The position numbers and the translations under genes were made by a program. From Minisyncoccia bacterium (GTDB taxonomy: Bacteria > Patescibacteriota > Minisyncoccia > SW-4-49-11), in contig JBIIRM010000001.1 of assembly GCA_044341565.1 (NCBI GenBank), positions 1,159-65,158 on the forward strand: DNA of 64,000 nucleotides, read 5' to 3'. How positions within the stretch are numbered: the stretch's first letter is position 1; the number at the start of each line of letters is the position of its first letter. This document shows, piece after piece, positions 47,369 to 57,599 of this stretch. The notes beneath the pieces were generated by a model. The model made no database searches. It was not told the DNA's origin and worked only from the letters and a program-made list of their open reading frames with translations.

Positions 47369-48483
47369 AAATCGCAGTACATGCCTCACATTTATGTCAA
47401 GAAAGAGAAGATGGGAATCAAACCTATATGCTTAATTTATTTCGAGGTCTTCGGGATATTGATACAGAAAATCAATATATGTTTTATTATAATAAACCCA
47501 ATGGGAAAAGAGTAGAAGCTCCTAATTTTGAACATAAAGTGAATCAGGCTCCTTTTATGTGGACACAAAGAGTATTCCCCTTTTTATTGCGGCGTGATAA
47601 ACCAGATATTTTGTTTATGCCCATTCAAATGCTTCCATTCTTAAAGCCACGTAAACAAAAATCTGTTGTTACTATTCATGATTTAGCTTTTCTTCTTTAT
47701 CCTGAAACATTCCCCGTAAGGGACGCTTTCTTACATAAATTATATGTCAAAGAGGCTATTACCAAGGCAGACCATCTTATTGCAATTACTGAGGCTACTA
47801 AACAAGATATTATCAAGTTTTATCATATTGACCCTAGTCTTATCACGGTGGTATATCATGGGGTAGATACAGATAGATTTCGATTAATAAAAGAAGGGGA
47901 GCAGCAAAGAGTAGATGAAGTCAAGGTGAAGTATGGCATTACAAAACCTTATATACTCTATATTGGAAATGTACAACCTCGTAAAAATATTCAGGGTTTA
48001 ATTAAAGCCTATCAGCAATTGCGTCTACATACGACACATATTCAACAATTAGTAATTGCTGGGGCAAAAGCTTGGATGGTTGAAGAGGTCATGAAGGATA
48101 TTGGGGATGATTATAGAGAAGATATTATTTTTACAGGAAGATTTGAAGACGCAGAATTAGCCCCATTATTATGGGGGGCTCAGTCTTTTATATTACCAAG
48201 TTTTTATGAAGGATTTGGCTTGCCTATACTAGAAGCAATGGCTTGTGGAGTTCCTACGCTTGTCTCAAATACCCCAAGTCTGGTGGAGGTGGGGGGAGAG
48301 GCTAGTCTTTCATTTGATCCCCATGATATTGACGATATGGCAAAAGTATTAGACAATATATGTACTGATTCAAATTTAAGGCAAAAATTACGGCAAAAAG
48401 GATTAGATCGAGTAAAGCAATTTTCTTGGAAGCAATGTGCAAGAGAAACCCTTGATGTGATTAAAAAAGTATATACATTATGA
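47365..48483 (+). CDS. glycosyltransferase family 4
   Basis: EGFGLPILEAMACGVPTLVSN (E-x7-E). Confidence 0.8.
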   Translation: MKIAVHASHLCQEREDGNQTYMLNLFRGLRDIDTENQYMFYYNKPNGKRVEAPNFEHKVNQAPFMWTQRVFPFLLRRDKPDILFMPIQMLPFLKPRKQKSVVTIHDLAFLLYPETFPVRDAFLHKLYVKEAITKADHLIAITEATKQDIIKFYHIDPSLITVVYHGVDTDRFRLIKEGEQQRVDEVKVKYGITKPYILYIGNVQPRKNIQGLIKAYQQLRLHTTHIQQLVIAGAKAWMVEEVMKDIGDDYREDIIFTGRFEDAELAPLLWGAQSFILPSFYEGFGLPILEAMACGVPTLVSNTPSLVEVGGEASLSFDPHDIDDMAKVLDNICTDSNLRQKLRQKGLDRVKQFSWKQCARETLDVIKKVYTL

Positions 48484-49538
48484 GAAAAATTATTCCTACA
48501 AATGAGCATAATAAAACCAAGAAAAAAATGAAATCTTGGAAAAAAATCACCTTAATTATATTAGGGGTGATGTTATTTATTGCAATAGCAGTACTTGGAT
48601 ATATTGGATATCAGGCCAATCAGTCTATTAATAATATTACAGGAGAAAAAAAGTCTATTTTTGATACAGCCCGCTCTTTATTACCAGGAGCTGCAAGTAA
48701 AGAATTAAAGTCAGATAATGGAAGAACTAATATTGTATTATTAGGTATGCGTGGAGAAAATGATCCAAATGGAGGATTATTATCAGATTCTATTATGATT
48801 ATTTCTATTAAAAATGATACCAAACAGGTGGCTATGATATCAATACCACGAGATTTACGAGTTCAAATTCCAAATACAAAAAATTATGGAAAGCTTAATT
48901 CTATACATGCGATAGGATCACAACAAAAACCTCCACAAGGGTTACAATATACTATGAATACATTAACAGAGATAACAGGACTACCTATGCATTATGGAAT
49001 TAGCGTAGATTTTGTAGCATTTAAGGGAATTATAGATTCATTAGGAGGCATAACAGTAAATGCTGCGAGTGACTTTTATGACCCTAATTATGAAGGAGGT
49101 ATTAGAGTCAAAAAAGGACCTAATGATTTGAATAGTGATAGAGCTCTTAAATATGTATGGGCGCGATTAAGTAGCAATGATTTTGATCGTTCTCGAAGAC
49201 AAAGAGAAGTATTAACTGCAATTAAGGATAAGGCTGAGCAAACAGGGGCTTTAAAAAATCCAGTATTTTTAGTTAATTTATTGAATAATTTAGGAAGTCA
49301 TGTTAAGACAACTATGACATTAGATGAATTAAAAACTACAGTAAATACCTTAAGTGAACTTGATCTTAATACCATGATTCAAAAAGGATATGATACTTCT
49401 GCTGATGGACCTTTTACCTCAAAGACAGAGCCAGGAATAGGGTATGTGATTATACCAAAAACAGGGAATTTTAATGCATTCCAAAAAGATATTCAAAATA
49501 TTTTTCCACCCATAGATAATAAAGATACGAAAAAATAA
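48480..49538 (+). CDS. LCP (LytR-CpsA-Psr) family cell-wall glycopolymer ligase
   Basis: N-terminal TM anchor; NIVLLGMRGEN...SDSIMIISI...ISIPRDLRV is the LCP core. Confidence 0.8.
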   Translation: MRKIIPTNEHNKTKKKMKSWKKITLIILGVMLFIAIAVLGYIGYQANQSINNITGEKKSIFDTARSLLPGAASKELKSDNGRTNIVLLGMRGENDPNGGLLSDSIMIISIKNDTKQVAMISIPRDLRVQIPNTKNYGKLNSIHAIGSQQKPPQGLQYTMNTLTEITGLPMHYGISVDFVAFKGIIDSLGGITVNAASDFYDPNYEGGIRVKKGPNDLNSDRALKYVWARLSSNDFDRSRRQREVLTAIKDKAEQTGALKNPVFLVNLLNNLGSHVKTTMTLDELKTTVNTLSELDLNTMIQKGYDTSADGPFTSKTEPGIGYVIIPKTGNFNAFQKDIQNIFPPIDNKDTKK

Positions 49539-49539
49539 T

Positions 49540-50361
49540 ATGAAATATAAGGTGGCATTAACTATTGTCAATTATAATACTAAGGATTTATTATTTTATT
49601 GTTTGAAAAAAATTTATCAGGCTCATATTAGTGTACCATTTCAAATTATTGTTTTAGATAATGCTTCTCGAGATGCTGAGGAAGTGGAGGAGGAAGTAAA
49701 CAGTAAATATCCAGAAACTATATTTATCAAACAATTACAGAATACGGGCTATACAAAAGGAGTAAATACTTGTGTCAAAAAAGCCAAAGCTCAATATATA
49801 TTTAATCTTAATACGGACGCCTTTATTGAGCCTGGTATTGTAGAGAAAATGGTAGAGTATTTAGATAATAATTCATCAGTTGGACTGATTTCACCACAAC
49901 TTTTAAATTTTGATGGTTCTATTCAGGAGTCTAGTTATCGCTTTTTAACACCATTTATAGCTCTTTATCGCAGAACTCCGATAGGGCTATTACCATTTGC
50001 AAAAAAGGCTTTGGCTCGCTTTCGTATGATTGATTGGGATCATAATTCAATTAAAGAAGTGGATTGGGTATTGGGAGCTGCTTATATGTTCCCGAAAGCC
50101 ACTGTAGAGGAAATAGGATATTTGGATGAGGACATGTTCTTGTATTTGTCCGACACCTATTTTGCATGGCAAATTTGGTCAATAGGAAAAAAAGTTGTAT
50201 ATTATCCAGAAGTACAAATGTATCATTATCATAGAAAATCAAGTCAAAATGGAATATTTCTAAAACTCCTATTCAGTAAAGCATATTGGATACATATTCA
50301 AGATGGTATTACATTTTTCCTAAAAACTTGGCTACGCTCTAATCCACATCAATTAACATAA
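49540..50361 (+). CDS. GT2 glycosyltransferase
   Basis: VALTIVNYNTKDLLFYCL, VLDNASRD, FNLNTDAF. Confidence 0.75.
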   Translation: MKYKVALTIVNYNTKDLLFYCLKKIYQAHISVPFQIIVLDNASRDAEEVEEEVNSKYPETIFIKQLQNTGYTKGVNTCVKKAKAQYIFNLNTDAFIEPGIVEKMVEYLDNNSSVGLISPQLLNFDGSIQESSYRFLTPFIALYRRTPIGLLPFAKKALARFRMIDWDHNSIKEVDWVLGAAYMFPKATVEEIGYLDEDMFLYLSDTYFAWQIWSIGKKVVYYPEVQMYHYHRKSSQNGIFLKLLFSKAYWIHIQDGITFFLKTWLRSNPHQLT

Positions 50362-50371
50362 AATTGTCATT

Positions 50372-51553
50372 ATGAAACCTCTCAATATTCTTTTCACCAT
50401 ATTATTACTCGGCATCTCTTTTGTGTCGGGGGGGCTTTATTTCCATGATTATGTACATAGTTTTATTGGAACTACTCCGCTATCAAGCTCAAATTTTGAA
50501 ACAAAAACATTACAAAATGTATATAGCTTTTTACAAGATAAATACTTATATCCAGATCAAATTAATGATAAAAAAGATACAGAATTAGGATCTGTTAAGG
50601 GTTTAGTTAGTTCTTTAGATGACCCTTATACCGTATATTTCTCTAAAGATGAATATGATTCATTTCAAGAGAATTTAGAAGGGAAATTTGAAGGTATTGG
50701 AGCTCAAATTGGTCTTAGAGAAGAACAGCTAATTATTGAAACACCTATTGATGGAACTCCAGCAAATAAAGCAGGATTATTACCAGGAGATGAAATTGTA
50801 ACTATTGATGGAGAAAGTACTATTGGGCTTAGTGTAGAAGAGGCTGTTACGAAAATAAGAGGAGAAAAGGGAACTGAAGTTAAATTAGAAATAGCAAGAA
50901 AAGGTCAAGATAGACTAAAAACTGTTACTATTACTCGTGATGTCATTGATATACCTAATATTACTGTGGAGGAAAAAGATGGTATTGCCATTATATCTAT
51001 TTCCCAATTTCAAGCTGAGACAGCTCAGGAATTAGATACTAAATTAGCTGAACTTAGTCAAAAAGGGGTAAAAAAAGTAGTATTAGATTTAAGGAATAAT
51101 CCAGGAGGATATTTACAGTCAGCAGTAGAAACTATAGAATTATTTGCTCCAAAGGGATCAATTGCTGTAACAGAAAAAGGTAAAAATGATAAAGTAATAG
51201 AAGAATTGAAGACTAAAAAAGCTCCTAAATATGGAGATATTCCATTAGTGGTCTTAGTGAATGAAGGATCAGCCTCAGCCTCAGAGATTGTAGCGGGTGC
51301 ATTAAGAGATTTAAAAAAGACTCAACTGATTGGTAAAAAAACATTTGGAAAGGGAGTAGTACAAAGTACTCAGAAATTTCCTGATGGATCAGTGCTCAAA
51401 TATACTATTGCTGAATGGTTTACTCCATCAGGAAAAGCTATTAATAAAGAAGGTATTAATCCAGATATAGAAATAGATTTAAAGTCAGAAGATATTAAGG
51501 ATAAAAAAGATCCTCAATTAGATAAAGCTTTAGAAATTATTAAAGCATTATAA
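50372..51553 (+). CDS. ctpA: carboxyl-terminal processing protease (S41) with PDZ domain
   Basis: PDZ region GLLPGDEIVTIDGES; catalytic region VLVNEGSASASEIVAGAL and GKKTFGKGVVQ. Confidence 0.85.
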   Translation: MKPLNILFTILLLGISFVSGGLYFHDYVHSFIGTTPLSSSNFETKTLQNVYSFLQDKYLYPDQINDKKDTELGSVKGLVSSLDDPYTVYFSKDEYDSFQENLEGKFEGIGAQIGLREEQLIIETPIDGTPANKAGLLPGDEIVTIDGESTIGLSVEEAVTKIRGEKGTEVKLEIARKGQDRLKTVTITRDVIDIPNITVEEKDGIAIISISQFQAETAQELDTKLAELSQKGVKKVVLDLRNNPGGYLQSAVETIELFAPKGSIAVTEKGKNDKVIEELKTKKAPKYGDIPLVVLVNEGSASASEIVAGALRDLKKTQLIGKKTFGKGVVQSTQKFPDGSVLKYTIAEWFTPSGKAINKEGINPDIEIDLKSEDIKDKKDPQLDKALEIIKAL

Positions 51554-51564
51554 TAGATCTAAAT

Positions 51565-51597
51565 AAAAAATCTCTCTGTATAAAAGAGAGATTTTTT
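51565..51597. terminator. bidirectional intrinsic terminator (perfect 12-13 bp stem flanked by A-run and T-run)
   Basis: AAAAAATCTCTCT-gtataaa-AGAGAGATTTTTT between convergent ctpA and proS. Confidence 0.85.
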
Positions 51598-51606
51598 ATT
51601 TGAAAT

Positions 51607-52821
51607 TTAGAGCTTTTCAAAAGGGATAATATCTCCATTTATCTCAACCCCATTTTGCTCGAGACTTTTCTTGCTGATAATAATTCTTTGAGGAATTCCA
51701 ATCAAATCAGCATCAGCAAATTTAATTCCTGGCCTTTCATCACGATTGTCAAATAATACAGATTTTCCATTTTTTTGATACTGCTGATAAAGCTCTTCTG
51801 CTTTATTTTTTACCTCATCAGAATCAGTATTCAGCATAATAAGATGTATATCAAAAGGACTAATTTCAGCTGGCCATAGCATTTTAGAATTATTCTCAGC
51901 AAATATTTCTACGATAGTTCCCATAAGTCGTGAAATTCCAATTCCATAACACCCCATAATTACAGATTGATTTTGCCCCTTATCGTCGGTAAACTCAAGT
52001 CCAAAAGCATCAGAATATTTGGTTTGTAATTTAAAAATATTACCAACTTCAATAGCTTTTTTCTCAATCAAATCACTATTCCCACATTCGGGACACGTAT
52101 TTTGCTCCTTGATAATTTCTTGATTGATACCAATATTACAGGTCTCACATACGAATATGGTATCTTCCCCAATATCTGATATAGTTTGAAATTCATGAGA
52201 ATATTTACTAAAACTTCCACCAGAAGCATAAGTCTTGAGAGTATTGTTGCCCAGCCCAAGCCTGTTATAAATATTAATATAGGCTTGAATTACGGTATTA
52301 TAATAAGTATCTAAATCATCGCTATTAGCATGAAAAGAGTATAAATCTTTCATAATAAATTCTCTTCCTCGAAGCAGCCCAGATTTTGCGCGCTTCTCAT
52401 CTCTAAATTTAGTTTGAATTTGATAGGTAGCTAAAGGTAAATCCTGATAAGATTGAATTAAGTTTTGGGCAAGGGGAGTAATAATTTCCTCATGAGTAGA
52501 TCCAAGAGCTAATTCAGTATTCGTATAATATGAAGTGAAGCGATATAAAACATCAAGACTATCCCAACGCCCAGTTTTTTCCCAATAGGCTTTTGGTTGC
52601 AGAGCTGGTAAGAGGATTTCTTGAGCTGATATGGCTGCTAATTCTTCTCTCACAATTTTTTCAATATTTTGAATAACACGATACCCTAAAGGTAAATAAG
52701 CATATACTCCAGCCATAATCTGATCAACAAATCCAGCTTTAATGAGAATTTGAGCATTGAGAGATTCTTCTGTTTGGCTTATTTGTTTACGAGTTTTAGA
52801 AATAAGAGATGATTGATACAT
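51607..52821 (-). CDS. proS: prolyl-tRNA synthetase, minimal form lacking the INS editing domain; CxxC...CxxC knuckle in its place
   Basis: N-terminal similarity to ProRS (GFVDQIMAGVYAYLPLGYRVIQNIEKIVREEL). Motif 2 FRDEKRAKSGLLRGREF, motif 3 GCYGIGISRL, C-terminal anticodon-binding region. VCETCN...CPECG lies between motifs 2 and 3. Confidence 0.75.
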   Translation of the reverse strand: MYQSSLISKTRKQISQTEESLNAQILIKAGFVDQIMAGVYAYLPLGYRVIQNIEKIVREELAAISAQEILLPALQPKAYWEKTGRWDSLDVLYRFTSYYTNTELALGSTHEEIITPLAQNLIQSYQDLPLATYQIQTKFRDEKRAKSGLLRGREFIMKDLYSFHANSDDLDTYYNTVIQAYINIYNRLGLGNNTLKTYASGGSFSKYSHEFQTISDIGEDTIFVCETCNIGINQEIIKEQNTCPECGNSDLIEKKAIEVGNIFKLQTKYSDAFGLEFTDDKGQNQSVIMGCYGIGISRLMGTIVEIFAENNSKMLWPAEISPFDIHLIMLNTDSDEVKNKAEELYQQYQKNGKSVLFDNRDERPGIKFADADLIGIPQRIIISKKSLEQNGVEINGDIIPFEKL

Positions 52822-52824
52822 ATA

Positions 52825-53289
52825 TTATGCATTAGTCAATAAAGAAGTAATTTGTTCTTTGGAAAAGTGTTTTAAGACAATATGCCATACGGGCTTGCGA
52901 TATTCATGTAAGAAAATTTCAATCTTATCTTGAGGTACCCATAAAAACCCTCCAAGTTCGCGGCGATCCACTTGTATGGATTTAGTATTCCCAGTAAATT
53001 TGAGTAACATAATAGTTTGTTCTTGACCGAGATTTTCATCACGAATTAATTTTTTTGCCCAACGATATATATGTTTCTCAGGACATTCGGCTAAGAGCGT
53101 AAATTCTGTAGTATGTAATTCTTCTCCTAATTCTCGAAGTACCGCCTTTTGATTGGACTCTCCTTCATTTACTCCACCTTGAGGAAATTGCCAATGAAGA
53201 GGATCATTGGATCTTGATACAATAAGTACATTGCCATCTGCATCAAAGATGATAGCAAGTACATTTTTCCGTAATTTACCCTGTGTCAT
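52825..53289 (-). CDS. Nudix hydrolase
   Basis: Nudix box GGVNEGESNQKAVLRELGEEL. Confidence 0.8.
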   Translation of the reverse strand: MTQGKLRKNVLAIIFDADGNVLIVSRSNDPLHWQFPQGGVNEGESNQKAVLRELGEELHTTEFTLLAECPEKHIYRWAKKLIRDENLGQEQTIMLLKFTGNTKSIQVDRRELGGFLWVPQDKIEIFLHEYRKPVWHIVLKHFSKEQITSLLTNA

Positions 53290-53421
53290 ATAAAACTAAA
53301 ATTTACCTTGATATAAGAATTAACTATAGTATAGCTTATAATTGCTATTTTGTACATAAATATGAAATATCTATTGTAAAATAATATATATTATGATACA
53401 ATAGATATATATTAAGTAATA

Positions 53422-53670
53422 ATGATAAATATGAGTAAAAAATTATTAGAAAAGCACCCAAGTCACAAAGAATTCATTGCAAAGACTGAAATTGTAACAA
53501 AGCTTGCCTTCAAAGCAGTAGCTTTAACAGTAGTTATTACTTTGGTATTGTATCAAGTATTATTCGCCCTATCATATCTTGGATTAACCGCTTATCAAGA
53601 ATATAAGCAAGATCAAGCTCAACAAAAGCAACAAGATTCTTTACAACAATTACAACAAGATAAGAAATAA
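53422..53670 (+). CDS. hypothetical small single-TM protein with Gln-rich C-terminus
   Basis: 82 aa, with a terminator 26 nt downstream. Confidence 0.4.
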   Translation: MINMSKKLLEKHPSHKEFIAKTEIVTKLAFKAVALTVVITLVLYQVLFALSYLGLTAYQEYKQDQAQQKQQDSLQQLQQDKK

Positions 53671-53695
53671 TTTTATCTAAGTTGAGAAGACTAAT

Positions 53696-53719
53696 AAAAA
53701 CCGGGTAAAACCGGTTTTT
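53696..53719 (+). terminator. intrinsic terminator AAAAACCGG-gtaaaa-CCGGTTTTT
   Basis: Perfect palindrome with flanking T-run. Confidence 0.75.
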
Positions 53720-53793
53720 ATTGTCAAGAATAAGAATATAGTATAGACTAAATAAAGTATAGTATATTGCTAATAGGTATTGTGTAGATAATC

Positions 53794-54855
53794 ATGGATA
53801 TAAAGACATTTAAAGAAAAATTTCAACCTCTTCTTGAGAAAGCTCTTGACCAAAAATTCACAGAATATTCTCTTTATACTCAAGATGAGGAGATTTTGGG
53901 TATAATTCATTATGTGCGAGCTATTATTGGTGGGGGAAAATGTATTCGCCCATATATGGCTTATACGCTATATGAAACATTAGGAGGAGAGGATACGGAT
54001 ACTATTCTAGATTTATTGGTATCTCTTGAAATTTTTCATTCCTTTGCTTTAATACATGATGATGTTATTGATGAAGGGAAAATACGCCATAGAGTTGATA
54101 CTGTGCATACATTTGTCTCTAATAGCATACAGGATAATCATAGAAGTGTAAGGAATAGGGTACATTATGGGCATTCACAGGCAATTCTTATTGGAGATTT
54201 ATTATTCTCATGGTCAATTGGAAGATTTCATGAATTTCAGCAATTACCATATCATAATGATGCGTGGAAAATTTTCTATCAAATGATTGATGAAGTAGCT
54301 GTTGGACAAATGATTGATGTTAATGTGATGACTAGAGACTCAATTGATGCTGATTTGATTGAGACAAAAATGCGATTAAAAACTGCAGGATATACTTTTG
54401 TGCGCCCAATGCAAATAGGTGTTACCTTAGCGGGAAAAGGGAAAGAATTAGAGCAATTCTGTATTGATTTTGGTATTGCTTTGGGATTAGCTTTTCAAAC
54501 TCAAGACGATATTTTGGACATTATTGCAGACCCCAATATTATCAAAAAGTCGGTATTATCAGATATTAGAGAACATCAACATACATTTCTAACACAATAT
54601 GTGCTTGAGCAGGGTAATGAGAAAGATATTATGAAGTTACAGACATATTGGGGAAATGAATCTTTTACAGATAAGGACCAGAAGTCTATAATTGACTTAT
54701 TCGAGCATACAGGGGCTCTTTCTTATGCAAGAGCTAAAGTACAGGCATATTTAGAGCAAGCTCGACAAATTACTCGAGCCGAGAATAATATTACTGAGAA
54801 TACAAGAATTGCATTAAATAGTCTTATTGAATATATTGCTGACAGAGCATATTAA
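53794..54855 (+). CDS. trans-polyprenyl diphosphate synthase (IspA/GGPPS family)
   Basis: FARM motif FALIHDDVIDEG; SARM motif AFQTQDDILD. Confidence 0.85.
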   Translation: MDIKTFKEKFQPLLEKALDQKFTEYSLYTQDEEILGIIHYVRAIIGGGKCIRPYMAYTLYETLGGEDTDTILDLLVSLEIFHSFALIHDDVIDEGKIRHRVDTVHTFVSNSIQDNHRSVRNRVHYGHSQAILIGDLLFSWSIGRFHEFQQLPYHNDAWKIFYQMIDEVAVGQMIDVNVMTRDSIDADLIETKMRLKTAGYTFVRPMQIGVTLAGKGKELEQFCIDFGIALGLAFQTQDDILDIIADPNIIKKSVLSDIREHQHTFLTQYVLEQGNEKDIMKLQTYWGNESFTDKDQKSIIDLFEHTGALSYARAKVQAYLEQARQITRAENNITENTRIALNSLIEYIADRAY

Positions 54856-54860
54856 ACTAT

Positions 54861-55721
54861 ATGGACAAATATACCAAATCAATAGAAGCTATTACTAAGC
54901 AATTTGGAACAAGTTATTATTTTGCTACTCGGTTTTTGCCGGCTGATTTGAGGCAGGCAACCTATGCTTTATATAGTTTTTTTCGTATTCCGGATGAAAT
55001 TGTAGATAATGCTAATAATAATTCAGATACACATATTTTAGCTGAATTGAATGATTGGCAAATAGTATGGGAAAGGGCATATCATGGAGATATTACGAAA
55101 TACCCCGTACTTAATATGACAGCAAAAGTATTTCACACCTATCATATTCCATATCAATATAGTCTTGATTTTCTTGCAGCAATGAAACAAGATATAGTAA
55201 TTAAAGAGTATAAAACCTATCAAGACCTACAACAATATATGTACGGCTCAGCTGCGGTAGTGGGTCTTATGATGACATATATTATTGGCTATACTAATGA
55301 TAAGGCTTTGGAATATGCACCTTTACTTGGAGAGGCAATGCAAATGACAAATTTCCTCCGTGATATTGGAGAAGATTATGATCAGCGTGGTAGAATATAT
55401 ATACCACAGCATGATTTGTTAAGGTATAAAGTTACAGAAGATATGATTCAGAATCATCAGGTAACAAAAGAATTTGTGAATTGTCTCAAATATCAAATAC
55501 AGCATACTCGTGAATTATATCGGAAATCAGATAAGGGACTCCAATATCTGAATAGAAAAGGAAGATTTGCCGTTATTATGGCAAGTCGTATGTATGAGGC
55601 GATTCTCGGTAAAATTGAACAAAATCATTATGATGTGTTAACAAAAAGAGCGAGAACATCAAAGCGAGAAAAAGTATATATTCTTGGAAAGGCAGCATTA
55701 GAATATGGTTTTCAAGAATAA
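54861..55721 (+). CDS. squalene/phytoene synthase family (head-to-head isoprenoid synthase)
   Basis: YALYSFFRIPDEIVD (DxxxD), MYGSAAVVGLMM, FLRDIGEDYDQRGRIYIP (second Asp-rich region). Confidence 0.75.
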   Translation: MDKYTKSIEAITKQFGTSYYFATRFLPADLRQATYALYSFFRIPDEIVDNANNNSDTHILAELNDWQIVWERAYHGDITKYPVLNMTAKVFHTYHIPYQYSLDFLAAMKQDIVIKEYKTYQDLQQYMYGSAAVVGLMMTYIIGYTNDKALEYAPLLGEAMQMTNFLRDIGEDYDQRGRIYIPQHDLLRYKVTEDMIQNHQVTKEFVNCLKYQIQHTRELYRKSDKGLQYLNRKGRFAVIMASRMYEAILGKIEQNHYDVLTKRARTSKREKVYILGKAALEYGFQE

Positions 55722-55776
55722 ATTGAAGCTATATTAATTCTATGATATACTTATTATAATATTAATCAATACTGAT

Positions 55777-56850
55777 ATGGCAAAGACTAAATCCAAAGCA
55801 ATTGATAAGAATGCAAGTAAACAAGATAAGATACAATCTGTATTAGATGATATCAAAAGTAAATTTGGTGATGAGTCCATGATGAAATTGGGCGAGGTGA
55901 AGAAGGTAGATATTCATGCTTATTCAACGGGATCTATTTCACTTGATAGAGCTTTAGGGATTGGAGGTATTCCTCAAGGAAGAATTGTAGAAATATATGG
56001 CCCTGAATCTAGTGGAAAAACAACTATTTGTCTTCAAGTTATTGCAAATGCCCAAAAAGAAGGTGGTGTAGCTGCATTTATTGATACTGAACATGCACTG
56101 GACCCAGAATATGCAAAGAAGCTTAAGGTAAATACTGATGATTTGCTTATTTCACAGCCAAATACCGGAGAAGAAGCTTTATCTATTGTGGAGGCTTTAG
56201 TTCAATCTGGAAATGTAGATATTATTGTACTAGATTCCGTGGCTGCTATTGTACCAAAAGCAGAAATTGAAGGTGATATGGGAGATTCTCATGTAGCTAT
56301 TCAGGCTCGTCTTATGTCACAAGCATTGCGTAAATTAACTGCAATTTCAGCTAAAGCAAATACCACAATTCTCTTTACCAATCAAACTCGTATGAAAATT
56401 GGTATGATGGGTTATGGAAGTCCAGTTGAGACTCCAGGAGGAAAAGCTTTGAAATTCTATGCCTCAGTAAGAATTGAGATTAAGCGTATTGCACAGATTA
56501 AAAAGGGAGAAGAAGTTATTGGAGCAAGAACAAAAGCTAAAATTGTAAAGAATAAAGTAGCCGCTCCATTTAAAGTTGCTGAATTTGATATCATGTATAA
56601 TGAAGGTGTTTCATTGGAAACAGATTTGATTAATTTAGCTCTTAAAGTTGGTGTATTAAAGAAAAAAGGTACTTATATTCAAGATTTAGAGGGAAATACC
56701 CTAGGACAAGGATTAGAATCAGCTCGTAAAGTGCTAAGAGATAGTCCAGAGACATTGGAAAAACTATATGCAGATGTATTGGCTAAAGAAGATATAACAG
56801 AAGAGTCTGAAGATGCTCCTAGTTTAGATAGTAGTTCAATTGAAGAATAG
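55777..56850 (+). CDS. recA: recombinase RecA
   Basis: GPESSGKTT Walker A, IVLDSVAA Walker B, L2 loop region [21 protein letters not shown]. Confidence 0.95.
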   Translation: MAKTKSKAIDKNASKQDKIQSVLDDIKSKFGDESMMKLGEVKKVDIHAYSTGSISLDRALGIGGIPQGRIVEIYGPESSGKTTICLQVIANAQKEGGVAAFIDTEHALDPEYAKKLKVNTDDLLISQPNTGEEALSIVEALVQSGNVDIIVLDSVAAIVPKAEIEGDMGDSHVAIQARLMSQALRKLTAISAKANTTILFTNQTRMKIGMMGYGSPVETPGGKALKFYASVRIEIKRIAQIKKGEEVIGARTKAKIVKNKVAAPFKVAEFDIMYNEGVSLETDLINLALKVGVLKKKGTYIQDLEGNTLGQGLESARKVLRDSPETLEKLYADVLAKEDITEESEDAPSLDSSSIEE

Positions 56851-56852
56851 GT

Positions 56853-57593
56853 ATGGCCTATACATTGGTACTTATTCGCCATGGGGAAAGTGTATGGAAT
56901 AAGCTTGATAAATTTACTGGCTGGACTGATGTAGAATTGTCAGCAAAAGGTATACAGGAGGCAAAAACATTAGGAATTGCTTTAAAGCAAAATGGTTTTG
57001 AATTTGATATAGCCTATACCTCAGTATTAGATAGAGCTGTGGATACATTACAATATGCTTTAGAAGCTGCTCATATGACATGGATACCAGTAATTAAAAA
57101 TTGGCATCTCAATGAAAGACATTATGGGGGATTACAAGGGCGAGATAAAACTGATGCAGTAGAAGAATTTGGAGAATATCAGGTGAAAGTTTGGAGGAGA
57201 GCCTTTGCAATTAAACCTCCTCTCTTGTCAGAATATGATTCACGATATCCAGCTACGGATGATAGATATAAAGATATACCTGTGGACCAATTACCTATTG
57301 GAGAATCTCTCAAAGACACATTAGATAGGGTTGCCCCATATTGGGAACAAGAATTAAAGCCAGCAATATTATCGGGAAAGAGAATTGTTATATCAGCACA
57401 TGGCAATAGTTTAAGAGCATTAGTAAAATTCCTTGAACATATGTCGGACAAGAAAATCATTGATTTAGAAATTCCAACAGGACAGCCATTAATATATCGT
57501 CTTAGGGAGTTAGATTTAAAAGTTGAAAAGCGCTATTATTTGATGAAGCAAAATAAGAGTATATGGAATAAAATTACTTCTCTTTTTAAATAA
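56853..57593 (+). CDS. gpmA: 2,3-bisphosphoglycerate-dependent phosphoglycerate mutase
   Basis: LIRHGESVWN, WHLNERHYGGLQG, SAHGNSLRAL. Confidence 0.85.
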   Translation: MAYTLVLIRHGESVWNKLDKFTGWTDVELSAKGIQEAKTLGIALKQNGFEFDIAYTSVLDRAVDTLQYALEAAHMTWIPVIKNWHLNERHYGGLQGRDKTDAVEEFGEYQVKVWRRAFAIKPPLLSEYDSRYPATDDRYKDIPVDQLPIGESLKDTLDRVAPYWEQELKPAILSGKRIVISAHGNSLRALVKFLEHMSDKKIIDLEIPTGQPLIYRLRELDLKVEKRYYLMKQNKSIWNKITSLFK

Positions 57594-57599
57594 ATACAT

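Noticed and set aside
53560-53670. Repetitive CAA/CAG-rich DNA considered as a tandem repeat or CRISPR-like array
   Set aside because: It is simply the Gln-rich low-complexity C-terminus of the 82-aa ORF (QQKQQDSLQQLQQDKK). The units are not regular. No CRISPR arrays were found anywhere in the window.
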